The position numbers and the translations under genes are program-made. A DNA stretch of 64,000 nt, from the NCBI GenBank assembly GCA_038213805.1, contig JBBQSO010000021.1:1-64000 (forward strand). Reading direction: 5' to 3'. A model generated the notes under the pieces. It ran no database searches. It saw nothing but the letters and a program-made list of their open reading frames with translations, and was not told the DNA's origin. The DNA is from Planctomycetota bacterium (GTDB lineage: Bacteria; Planctomycetota; UBA11346). Of this stretch, positions 46,339 through 57,364 are shown one piece after another (positions within the stretch are counted from its first letter, which is position 1; each line of letters opens with the position of its first letter).

Positions 46339-47801
46339 GGCTGCGCTCCGGCGGCGGGCGGCGCTGGCGGCACTGGCGGCGCACTGGCGCGCACCGCGTC
46401 CCCGGCTTTGCGGTGCTGCTTCCAGTAGTCCTTGAACGACTGCTTGGCCGGGTCCGGCAGCGTGCGCGTGCGCCGCCAGGCGCGCACCGGGTCAAAGACG
46501 GTGCCGGCGACCGGCTTGCCCAACCAGTTGAGGAAGCGGCTGCCCTTAGTCAGGGTGCGGTACAACCACGGCCGGCGCATGACCCCGGCGAAGGCGCCGT
46601 AGACCACGCGTTCGAACATCGTCGGTGCGGCCTTGGCGGCGTTGCGGCGGTTGCGCAGCAGGTGGTGGTGCAGGTCGATGCGCACCGGGCAGGTCTCGGT
46701 GCACGCACCGCACAGCGACGAGGCGTGCGAGAGGTGCTTCCAGTCCTGCAGGCCGCGCAGGTGCGGGGTGATCACCGAACCGATCGGACCCTGGTAGGTG
46801 GTGCCGTAGCTGTGTCCGCCGATGTTCTTGAAGATCGGACAGACGTTCAGACAGGCGCCGCAGCGGATGCAGCGCAGCGCGTCGCGCTGCTCGGGATCGG
46901 CGAGCAGGCGCGTGCGGTGGTTGTCGAGCAGGACAAGGTGGAACTCCTCCGGGCCGTCAGGCTCGTCGGCGCTGCGCGGGCCGGAGTACTGCGAGTTGTA
47001 GCAGGTCAGCTGCTGGCCTGTGCCGGCGGTGGCCAGCATCGGCAACAGCAGCGCGAGATCGTCGAGCGTGGGGATGATCTTCTCGATGCCCATCAGCGCG
47101 ATGTGCACCTTGGGCAGGGCGGTGGTCAGGCGTGCGTTGCCCTCGTTCTCGGTGATCGAGATCATGCCGGTCTCGGCGATGCCGAAGTTCGCGCCGGTGA
47201 AGCCGATGTCGGCCTCGAGGTATTTGCGGCGCAGCACGCGCCGCGCCTCCATGGTCAGCGCCTCGGGATCCTCGTTCGAGACGTAGCCGTGCTTCTCGAC
47301 GAAGAGCTCGTCGATCTGCCCGCGGCGCAGGTGCATCGACGGGAACACGAAGTGGTACGGCGCCTCCTTGCGCAGCTGCACGATGTACTCGCCGAGATCG
47401 GACTCGATGACGGTGAAGCCCTCGTGCTCGAGCAGTTCGTTGAGGTGGATCTCCTCGCTGGTCATGCATTTCGACTTGATGATCGAGCGCGCCTGGTGGG
47501 CGCGCACCACCTCCAGGATGTAGCTGCGTGCCTGAACCGCATCCTCGGCCCAGCATACCTTGACGCCGCGCTTCTCGAGCTTGTCGACGAACTGCTGGAT
47601 GAGCGCGTGCAGATTCTCGAGCGCGTCCCACTTCAGCGCCGCCGCGGCGTCGCGCGCAGCCTGCCAGCTGGTGAAGCGCGCCTCGGTGCCGGCGCGGGTG
47701 TTCTCGTAGCCGCCCAGCGCCTTGCGCATGAACGCGCGCTGGTCGTCGTCGTCCGCGACCGACCCGGCAGCGCGATGGAACTCGTCGGTGATGGCGCTCA
47801 T
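46335..47801 (-). CDS. lutB: Lactate utilization protein B (Fe-S)
   Basis: KSKCMTSEE, ESDLGEYIVQL, ENEGN, CIRCGACLNVCP, SSLCGACTETCP. Confidence 0.95.
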   Translation of the reverse strand: MSAITDEFHRAAGSVADDDDQRAFMRKALGGYENTRAGTEARFTSWQAARDAAAALKWDALENLHALIQQFVDKLEKRGVKVCWAEDAVQARSYILEVVRAHQARSIIKSKCMTSEEIHLNELLEHEGFTVIESDLGEYIVQLRKEAPYHFVFPSMHLRRGQIDELFVEKHGYVSNEDPEALTMEARRVLRRKYLEADIGFTGANFGIAETGMISITENEGNARLTTALPKVHIALMGIEKIIPTLDDLALLLPMLATAGTGQQLTCYNSQYSGPRSADEPDGPEEFHLVLLDNHRTRLLADPEQRDALRCIRCGACLNVCPIFKNIGGHSYGTTYQGPIGSVITPHLRGLQDWKHLSHASSLCGACTETCPVRIDLHHHLLRNRRNAAKAAPTMFERVVYGAFAGVMRRPWLYRTLTKGSRFLNWLGKPVAGTVFDPVRAWRRTRTLPDPAKQSFKDYWKQHRKAGDAVRASAPPVPPAPPAAGAQP

Positions 47802-47858
47802 GGGAATCCAGGGCTGAAGGAAGCAGACGGCGTGAACAGGGGCGTAACGGCCGAAACT

Positions 47859-48041
47859 GGATCGAACAGACAGCCGGATCGAACAGGAGACGCGGAGACG
47901 CAGAGGCCGGAGGAGGGGAAGCGGATGGGGCGCGTTGCAGCCCGGAGCGCCTGACCAGCCCGGCCCAGGCCGTCCTCCTCCGTTCTCCGCGTCTCCGCGT
48001 CTCCTGTTTTATCAGTTGTGAGTCCTGTTTTATCAGTTGTG
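47859..48041. repeat. Palindromic element, GAGACGCGGAGACGC family, copy 2, with duplicated ends
   Basis: Arms GAACAGGAGACGCGGAGACGCAGAG / CTCCGCGTCTCCGCGTCTCCTGTT; TCCTGTTTTATCAGTTGTG twice (48002, 48023); GGATCGAACAG twice (47859, 47876). Confidence 0.88.
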
Positions 48042-48055
48042 CGTCGCATACCCCC

Positions 48056-48772
48056 TCACGTCTGCGCGAGGATTTCAGCGAGGTGCAGGCACGGCAGGGC
48101 GTTGCCGTGCTTGTCGAAGTAGCCGCGGATCTGCATCAGGCAGCTGGGATCGTTCGAGACCACCGTGCGGGCGCCGCAGTCGACGATCGAGTTGCACTTC
48201 ACCTGGGCCATGGCGGTCGAGATCTCGGGGAACTTCACCGCGAAGGTGCCGCCGAAACCGCAGCAGGTGCGCGCCTCGCCCATCTCGACCAGTTCGAGCC
48301 CACGCACGTTGCGCAGCAGGGTGCGGGGCGCGGCGTGGACGCCGAGTTCGCGCAGGCCATGGCAGCCGTCGTGGAAGGTGACCTTGCCCGCGAAGCTCGC
48401 GCCGACGTCGCCGACGCCGAGCTTCTCGACCAGGAACTGCGAGAATTCCCAGGTGCGTTTCCCCAGCGCCTTGGCCTCGGCCTCGCGCTTCGTGCCCTGG
48501 AAGAGCTCCGGGTAGAAGACCTTGACCATCGCCGCGCACGAGCCCGACGGTACCACCACGTGCTCCGCGTCCTTGAAGGTGTCGAGGAAGTGCTCAGCGA
48601 CGCAGCGCGCCTGGTCGCAGAACCCCGAGTTGAAGGCCGGCTGCCCGCAACAGGTCTGCCCTTCCGGATAGAGGACCTCGTGGCCGAGCCGCTCCAGCAC
48701 CTCGACCACCGCGACGCCGGTGCGCGGCGACATCTGGTCGACGAAGCAGGGGATGAAGAGGGAGATGCGCAT
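48056..48772 (-). CDS. lutA: Lactate utilization protein A (CCG domain)
   Basis: LFIPCFVD, QTCCGQPAFNSG, PSGSC, FHDGCH, CCGFGGTFAVK; true start at 48772 (the ORF-track extension is repeat-encoded). Confidence 0.94.
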   Translation of the reverse strand: MRISLFIPCFVDQMSPRTGVAVVEVLERLGHEVLYPEGQTCCGQPAFNSGFCDQARCVAEHFLDTFKDAEHVVVPSGSCAAMVKVFYPELFQGTKREAEAKALGKRTWEFSQFLVEKLGVGDVGASFAGKVTFHDGCHGLRELGVHAAPRTLLRNVRGLELVEMGEARTCCGFGGTFAVKFPEISTAMAQVKCNSIVDCGARTVVSNDPSCLMQIRGYFDKHGNALPCLHLAEILAQT

Positions 48773-48827
48773 GGGGAGGGGCTGGCCGGAGGGGATAAGG
48801 GGGAGAAGGCGGACGGCTGGGAGCAAG

Positions 48828-48904
48828 GAAGCGAGAAGCGAGAAGCGAGAAGCGAGAAGCGAGAAGCGAGAAGCGAGAAGCGAGAAGCGAGAAGCGAGAA
48901 GCGA
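48828..48904. repeat. Perfect heptamer array (GAAGCGA)x11
   Basis: Between the DeoR stop and the lutA start. Confidence 0.98.
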
Positions 48905-48927
48905 GACGAGCGCCCGAGGCGCGATTG

Positions 48928-49701
48928 TCAACCCGAGGGCACGTCAGCCAGGAGGATCCGCGCCCCGTGCGCGGCCAAGGCGGCGGCGGTCGGCGGGTCG
49001 AGGGCGCGGTCGGTGATCACCACGTCGAGGTCGCCGAGCGTCGCGAAGGTGATCGCGCCGCGCACCCCGAACTTGGTGTGGTCGACGAGCAGCACCACGC
49101 GTTCGGCGCGCTCGATCAGGCGGCGCTTCACGGCGGCGAGGTCGTCGGTGCTTTCGCTGACGCCGCGCTCGAGATCGATGCCGATGCCGGAAAGGAACAC
49201 GGTGTGGATGTTGATGCGCGCCAGGGCCTCCGCGGCGATCGGGCCGAGAAAGCTGCGGCTGGTCGGATCAAAGGTGCCGCCGCTGCACACCACGCGCACC
49301 TGCTCGCGGTCGGCGAGGGCACCGACCACCGGCAGCGAGGTCGTGACCACGGTCAGCGCCAGCGCGTCGGGCAGCGAGCTGGCCATGGCGAAAGCCGAGG
49401 TGCTGCCGTCAAGGGCGATGACCTGGCCGGGTGCGACCAGGGCGAGCGCGGCGTGGGCGATGGCGGTCTTGGCGGCGAGCTGGCTGGCCTGGCGTTGGGC
49501 GAAGGGCAGTTCGCGCCGTGCGCTGCCCGGCAGGGCGCCGCCGTGGGTGCGCTGCAGGAGGCCGTCCTGGTCGAGGCGCTCGAGGTCGCGGCGCACCGTC
49601 TCCTCGGTGACCTGCAGCTCCCGCGCGAGGTCGACGACACGCACCCGCCCCTGGCGTTCCAGGAGAGTCAGGATCTGGAGGTGGCGTTCCTCAGCGAACA
49701 T
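48928..49701 (-). CDS. DeoR/GlpR family regulator (probable rhamnose regulator)
   Basis: ERHLQIL, VTEETVRRDL, RTHGGA, LDGSTS, DHTKF, ITD. Confidence 0.93.
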   Translation of the reverse strand: MFAEERHLQILTLLERQGRVRVVDLARELQVTEETVRRDLERLDQDGLLQRTHGGALPGSARRELPFAQRQASQLAAKTAIAHAALALVAPGQVIALDGSTSAFAMASSLPDALALTVVTTSLPVVGALADREQVRVVCSGGTFDPTSRSFLGPIAAEALARINIHTVFLSGIGIDLERGVSESTDDLAAVKRRLIERAERVVLLVDHTKFGVRGAITFATLGDLDVVITDRALDPPTAAALAAHGARILLADVPSG

Positions 49702-49741
49702 GCGGGATCCTGGGCGGAGGGAGCAGCAGACGCAAATCTTC

Positions 49742-49818
49742 GTTTATGTCCGATTCGTCTTGACTCTATGGTTTTCATGGCATAATCAAGGAACAATCCA
49801 AAGAATTCGGACATAAAC
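49742..49818 (+). promoter_or_regulatory. Promoter (TTGACT ... TGnCATAAT) bracketed by a perfect 12-bp inverted repeat
   Basis: GTTTATGTCCGA 49742..49753 and TCGGACATAAAC 49807..49818; TTGACT 49760, CATAAT 49781 (15-bp spacer, extended -10); AT-rich island. Confidence 0.7.
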
Positions 49819-49835
49819 CCCCTCGGGAGCTGACC

Positions 49836-52028
<2,193 letters not shown>

Positions 52029-52071
52029 ACCGCGCCGGGTCGCGCGATCAGGTCTTCCACCCTCTCGCGAC

Positions 52072-52098
52072 CTGGATCCCGCGATCCAGCGCTTTTTT
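52072..52098 (+). terminator. Possible intrinsic terminator
   Basis: CTGGATC-CCGC-GATCCAG then CGC and T6. Confidence 0.5.
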
Positions 52099-52154
52099 AC
52101 TGGGATTCCCGCCAACGTGGCGCCTGCTCGGCGGTCATCCATCCCGGGATCGCC

Positions 52155-54590
52155 ATGCTCCGCACCGTCGTCATGCGCCTGGTCCTCGCCATCCCGGGCG
52201 TGGTGTTCGCCGCCGAGGCAGCAGCGCCGCTGCCGGATGCCCAGGGCGGGCTGGTCGGCTGGTACCGTTTCGCCAACGCCGCCACGCTGGGCAGGGACGA
52301 TTCCGGGCGACACCACGATGCCAGCGTGGTGGACGGTGTCACGTGGACCGACCGCGATGCCGGGCGGCGCAGTTGCGCAGTGTTCGCTGGCAAGGCGCGC
52401 CTGAGTGTACCGGCGGTGGCGCGCGGGGACTTCACCATCGCGCTGTGGGTCAAATCCGCGGCGCCCACGCAGCCGGGCGCCTGGTACAGTGCGCCGCCGC
52501 TGCTCGATGGCGACGTCCCGGGCGACGCCAAGGACTTCGGCGCGGTGTTGCTCGACGGACGCTTCGCCCTCGGCCAGGGGCAGCCGGACGCGGCGACGAG
52601 TTCGGAGAGCCGCATCGCCGACGGCGCCTGGCGGCACGTCGCGGCGACCCGCGACGCGACCAGCGGCGAGGTGCGGATCTATGTCGACGCCCGTCTTGAG
52701 CGCACCGCCACCGGTCCCACCGGCGAACGCAGCGCGGTGACCGCGCTGGCGATCGGTGCCCGACCAGGCGCAGGCGATGGCTTCACCGGTCGGCTCGACG
52801 ATCTGCGCATCTACGACCGGGTGCTGTCCGCGCCCGAGCTGCTGCGGCTCGCCCATGGTCTCGACACGGTCAAGCCGCTGCTGGTGCGCGATACCCGCAG
52901 CGACACCTGGGCGGGCACGGACGCGCTCGGGCGCAGCCTGCCCGAGCCCGGCAGCGTGCCCGCGCGCAGCGGCAAGGCGGTCGGCATCTTCTACTTCTTG
53001 TGGATCGGACGCCACGGCCCCGACCACGTCTACGACATCAGCGCGCTGCTGCGCGCGGACCCAACCGATCCGCGCTACGGGCCCGAGCACGCCTATCACT
53101 GGTGGGGTGAGCCGCTGTTCGGCCACTACCGCAGCAACGACGAATGGGTCATCCGCAAGCACGCGCAGATGCTGACCGATGCCGGCGTCGACGTGGTGTT
53201 CTTCGACGTCACCAACGGACCGACCTACCTCGACACGGTGTTCAGCATCTGCCGCATCTACCGCGAAATCCGCGCCGCCGGCGGGCGCACGCCGCAGATC
53301 TCCTTCATCTGCTGGTCGGGCGGCCCGCGCGTGGTCCAGACGCTCTACGACGAACTCTACAGCAAGGGCCTCTACAGTGAGCTGTGGTTCCGCTGGCTGG
53401 GCAAGCCGCTGATCCTGACGCCGCTGCACGTCGACGACCCCAAGGCACCCCCGCCGCACGACCTGGATGCGCAGCTCGTGGACTTCTTCACCATCCGCCA
53501 GTCGTGGGCCTGGACGAAGGGCCAGAAATGGTTCGGTGACGGCAAGGACCGCTGGGCCTGGCTCGACCGCCACCCGCAGAACCCCGGCTGGCACGATGCG
53601 CCGGACAAACCCGAACAGATGCCGGTGGGCGTCGCCGGTCACCCGATCGACAATCTCGGGCGCAGCTTCCACGACGGCAAAGAGCCGGCTCAGGACAAGC
53701 GCGACACCGCCGCTGGCGCGTGCTTCGCCGAGCAGTGGCAGCGCGCCCTCGCGGTCGATCCGCAATTCGTCTTCGTCACCGGCTGGAACGAGTGGGTGGC
53801 GATGCGCTTCGTCCACCATGGCGACTCCGGACCGGACATGCTCGGCCGCAAGGCCCACGATGGCGCCAGCTTCTTCGTCGACACCTACGACCAGGAGTTC
53901 AGCCGCGACATCGAGCCGATGCGCGGCGGTCACGGCGATGATTTCTACTATCAGCTGGCCGAGAACATCCGCCGCTTCAAGGGCGGTCGGCCGCTGGCAA
54001 AGCCCTCATCGCCGCGGCGCATGGTCATGGGCGACGACTTCAGCGCCTGGACCGGTGTCGGCCCGGACTTCAGCGACGATGTCGATGACGTCCGCCAGCG
54101 CAGCCATCCCGGCTTCGCTGACAGCGGCCTGCTGGTCGACGACAGCGCCCGCAACGATCTCGACACCATGAAGGTGGCGCGCGATGCGGACACCATCGCC
54201 TTCTACGCACGCACCCGCCAGGCGCTCACCGCGAGTACCGGGCACCATTGGATGCTGCTGTTCCTGGACACCGACGGCGATCACCGCAACGGCTGGAACG
54301 GCTATGACTTCGTGCTCAACCGCACCAACCATGGCGGCAAGACGGTGCTCGAGCGCTGCCTTCCCGGCTGGAAGTTCGCAGCGGTCGCCGAACTGCCCTT
54401 CGCCGTCCACGGCAACGAGCTGCAGATGGTGGTCCCGCGCGCCCTGCTGGGGGTCGATGCGCAGAAAGGACCGCTGAGCATCGACTTCAAGTGGGCCGAT
54501 GGCGTCGGCGACAGCGGCGACCTCACGGATTGGCTGGGGCAGGGCGACGTGGCGCCGAATGGGCGCTTCAATTATCGCTTCACCGAGTAA
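52155..54590 (+). CDS. Secreted LamG / concanavalin A-like domain fused to a GH99/GH71-like glycoside hydrolase domain
   Basis: LamG: FTIALWVK, WRHVAAT, IYVD, FTGRLDDLRIYDRVLS; GH-like: VGIFYFLW, WWGEPLFG, AGVDVVFFD, VTGWNEW. Confidence 0.78.
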   Translation: MLRTVVMRLVLAIPGVVFAAEAAAPLPDAQGGLVGWYRFANAATLGRDDSGRHHDASVVDGVTWTDRDAGRRSCAVFAGKARLSVPAVARGDFTIALWVKSAAPTQPGAWYSAPPLLDGDVPGDAKDFGAVLLDGRFALGQGQPDAATSSESRIADGAWRHVAATRDATSGEVRIYVDARLERTATGPTGERSAVTALAIGARPGAGDGFTGRLDDLRIYDRVLSAPELLRLAHGLDTVKPLLVRDTRSDTWAGTDALGRSLPEPGSVPARSGKAVGIFYFLWIGRHGPDHVYDISALLRADPTDPRYGPEHAYHWWGEPLFGHYRSNDEWVIRKHAQMLTDAGVDVVFFDVTNGPTYLDTVFSICRIYREIRAAGGRTPQISFICWSGGPRVVQTLYDELYSKGLYSELWFRWLGKPLILTPLHVDDPKAPPPHDLDAQLVDFFTIRQSWAWTKGQKWFGDGKDRWAWLDRHPQNPGWHDAPDKPEQMPVGVAGHPIDNLGRSFHDGKEPAQDKRDTAAGACFAEQWQRALAVDPQFVFVTGWNEWVAMRFVHHGDSGPDMLGRKAHDGASFFVDTYDQEFSRDIEPMRGGHGDDFYYQLAENIRRFKGGRPLAKPSSPRRMVMGDDFSAWTGVGPDFSDDVDDVRQRSHPGFADSGLLVDDSARNDLDTMKVARDADTIAFYARTRQALTASTGHHWMLLFLDTDGDHRNGWNGYDFVLNRTNHGGKTVLERCLPGWKFAAVAELPFAVHGNELQMVVPRALLGVDAQKGPLSIDFKWADGVGDSGDLTDWLGQGDVAPNGRFNYRFTE

Positions 54591-54596
54591 GCGCGG

Positions 54597-55202
54597 TCAG
54601 CGCACGAACGGCGCCACCAGCTCCCACATGCGCGCCGCGATCGCCTCGGGCGTGGCAGTGGCGTCGATCGCGACGATGCCGTCGCTGGCGACCAGGGCCT
54701 GATAGCCGCCGTGCACGCGGCGCAGATACTCCAGGCCGCGCGCCTCGATGCGGTCGAGGCCGCGCGCGGCGGCGCGGCGGCGTCCGGCCTCGGCGGGGTC
54801 GAGATCGAGCCACAGCACCAGGTCGGGGACGATGCCGCCGGTGGCGAGGCGGATCGCGGCGCGCACGGCACCGGCGTCCAGGCCCAGACCGTAGGCCTGG
54901 TAGGCGAGGGTGGAGTGGTAGAAGCGGTCGAGCAGCACCAGCTCGCCGGCGGCGAGCGCGGGGGCGATGACCTCGTGGCAGAGCTGGGCGCGCGCCATCA
55001 GGTAGCCGAACAGCTCGGCGACCGGCGCGGCGCGCGTCGCCGGATCGAGCAGCACCTGACGTAACTGCTCGCCCAGAGCTGTGCCGCCGGGCTCGCGCAG
55101 GCTGCGGAAGGGCCGGCCGAGCGCCTGCAGGCGCGCCACTAGGCGCTCGACCTGGGTGGTCTTGCCGCAGCCGTCGATGCCTTCGAACACGATCAGCGGC
55201 AT
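54597..55202 (-). CDS. tmk: Thymidylate kinase
   Basis: FEGIDGCGKTTQ, REPGGT, LDRFYHSTLAYQ, PDLVLWLD, DRIE. Confidence 0.96.
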   Translation of the reverse strand: MPLIVFEGIDGCGKTTQVERLVARLQALGRPFRSLREPGGTALGEQLRQVLLDPATRAAPVAELFGYLMARAQLCHEVIAPALAAGELVLLDRFYHSTLAYQAYGLGLDAGAVRAAIRLATGGIVPDLVLWLDLDPAEAGRRRAAARGLDRIEARGLEYLRRVHGGYQALVASDGIVAIDATATPEAIAARMWELVAPFVR

Positions 55203-55205
55203 GGC

Positions 55206-56054
55206 TCAGTCCTTGAAGCTGATCAGCCCGGCGACGAGCAGGGCGGCGATCACCAGGCCGGCGCCGATGCGGTACCAGCCGAAGGCGGTGAAGGTGTGGC
55301 TGGCGATGTAGCGCAGCAGCCACGCCACCGCCGCCCACGCGACCACGAACGAGACCACAAAGCCCAAAGCCAGCACCGCGATGTGGTCGTGGTTGGCGGA
55401 CAGCACTGCGCGCTCCTTGAACAGCTTGTAGCCGGTCGCCGCGACCATCATCGGGATGGCGAGGATGAACGAGAAGTCGGTGGCGGCCTTGCGCTCCACG
55501 CCCAGCAGCATGCCGCCAAGGATGGTCGCCGCCGAACGCGAGGTGCCCGGCAGCACCACCGCCAGGCACTGGAAGCAGCCGATCAGGAAGGCCGTGCGCA
55601 GCGGCAGGCGCTGCATGTCCATCAGATTGGGCTCCGGATGGCGACGCTCGACCAGGATGATCGCCAGACCGCCAAGCGCGAGCACTGCCGCGACGGTGGC
55701 GGAATTCATCAGATGGGCTTCGACGAACTTGTGGGCCGCCAGGCCGACCACCGCCGCGGGGATGAAGGCGACTAGCAGATTGAGCAGGAAACCGCGCGCT
55801 GCGGCATCCCCACGCGCGAGGTCCTTGCATAATTGCAGCAGCCGCGTGCGGTAGAGCACGACGATGGCGAGGATCGCACCGAGCTGGATCACCACCTCGA
55901 AGAGGTCGCGGAACTCCTTGCGCGCCGGCCCGGCCTCGAAGCCGATCAGCTCGCCGGTGACGATCAGGTGCCCGGTCGAGGAGATCGGCAGGAATTCGGT
56001 GATGCCTTCGACCACGCCCATGACCACGGTCTTGACGGCGTCGACGGGGTCCAT
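55206..56054 (-). CDS. uppP: Undecaprenyl-diphosphatase
   Basis: GVVEGITEFLPISSTGHL, VIQLGAILA, PGTSRSAAT, DFSFILAIP. Confidence 0.96.
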   Translation of the reverse strand: MDPVDAVKTVVMGVVEGITEFLPISSTGHLIVTGELIGFEAGPARKEFRDLFEVVIQLGAILAIVVLYRTRLLQLCKDLARGDAAARGFLLNLLVAFIPAAVVGLAAHKFVEAHLMNSATVAAVLALGGLAIILVERRHPEPNLMDMQRLPLRTAFLIGCFQCLAVVLPGTSRSAATILGGMLLGVERKAATDFSFILAIPMMVAATGYKLFKERAVLSANHDHIAVLALGFVVSFVVAWAAVAWLLRYIASHTFTAFGWYRIGAGLVIAALLVAGLISFKD

Positions 56055-56179
56055 GGCGATCCTTGCAGGCGGGGAGCCGGCATGGTTCGGCCCAGGCGGA
56101 GCGGGTCAAGGCGCGGTCGGGCCCGTCCCGGCCCAACCCTGGCAGCTGCACCCAGGCGGGGACCGGCTAGCCTGCCGGC

Positions 56180-57364
56180 GTGCGCATCGTCCACCTCATC
56201 GCCCGCCTCAACGATGGCGGCCCGGCGCGGGTGCTGGCGGCGCTCTCCGTGGGGCTGATGGCGCGCGGCCACGAGGTGCGCATCCTCGCCGGCCGCTGCG
56301 CCGCGGACGAACCCGACCTCGGCCCGCAGCTGCGCGCCGCAGGCCTGCCCGTGGACACTATCCCGGGACTCGGCCGTGGCCTGGCGCCGCGCGCCGACTT
56401 CGCGGCCTTCCGCGGCATCCTCGCGAACCTTGCCCGCCTGCGCCCGGACGTGGTCCACACCCACACCGCCAAGGCGGGCGCGCTTGGGCGCACCGCCTGC
56501 CGGCTGCTGAAACTCCCCTGCCTGCACACCTACCACGGCCACGTGCTGAGCGGCTATTTTCCCCCGCTCGCCAGTCGCGCCGCGCAGGTCATGGAGCGCC
56601 TCCTCGCTGGCGGCTGCCACCACCACGCCCTGACCCCCGGCCAGCGCCACGAGCTCAGCACCACCTTCGCCATCGGCAACCAGGCGCGCTGGCACTGCCT
56701 GCCGGTGCCGGTGGAACCGGTCACCGCGCAGGCCGCGCCCTGGCACGCGCGACTGCAGCCGGGGCGGCCGGTGATCGGCTTTCTGGGCCGCGTGGTGCCG
56801 GTGAAGGACGCCCACCTGTGGCTCGAGACCCTGGTCGAGCTCAACCGCTTCATGCCCGTGCAGGGCCTGGTGTGCGGTGACGGCCCCGACCTGGCCCTGC
56901 TGCGCGAGCGCGCCAACGGCTTGGCCGTGCCCCTGCTCTTCACCGGGTTTGTGCCGGCGGCCGAAGCCCTACCGCGCATGGACGTGCTGCTGCTGACGTC
57001 ACGCAATGAAGGCCTGCCGCTGACCGCGATCGAAGCTGGCGGACTGCGCGGTGGCATTGGTCCAGCGGTGGTGGGGCCGGCGGTGGGCGGGCTCGCCGAT
57101 CTCATCCGGTGGGGCGCGGTCGAAGGAGGCGTGCGCAGCGCCGCCGGTCTGGCGGATGCCTGCCTGCGCCTGCTGACTGACGCCGGACTGCGGCGCGCAC
57201 GCCAGGCGCAGGGCGCCGCCCTCGCCCGCCACCTTGAACCGGACCGCTTGATTGCTGGCTACGAGCGCATGTACCAGGCGGTCAACCCGGCAGCGGTTCC
57301 CGGCAAGAAGCCGGTGGTCGCGGCGGATGGACGGCTGGCCGACAGCACCAGGAGCGCCCCATGA
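56180..57364 (+). CDS. Glycosyltransferase family 4 (GT-B)
   Basis: IARLNDGGPA, PDVVHTHTAKAG, HTYHGH, GRVVPVK, SRNEGLPLTAIEA. Confidence 0.92.
   Translation: MRIVHLIARLNDGGPARVLAALSVGLMARGHEVRILAGRCAADEPDLGPQLRAAGLPVDTIPGLGRGLAPRADFAAFRGILANLARLRPDVVHTHTAKAGALGRTACRLLKLPCLHTYHGHVLSGYFPPLASRAAQVMERLLAGGCHHHALTPGQRHELSTTFAIGNQARWHCLPVPVEPVTAQAAPWHARLQPGRPVIGFLGRVVPVKDAHLWLETLVELNRFMPVQGLVCGDGPDLALLRERANGLAVPLLFTGFVPAAEALPRMDVLLLTSRNEGLPLTAIEAGGLRGGIGPAVVGPAVGGLADLIRWGAVEGGVRSAAGLADACLRLLTDAGLRRARQAQGAALARHLEPDRLIAGYERMYQAVNPAAVPGKKPVVAADGRLADSTRSAP

Noticed and set aside
1..48904. Tandem arrays as CRISPR arrays
   Set aside because: Units are 7-8 bp with no unique spacers, and there are no cas genes in the window.
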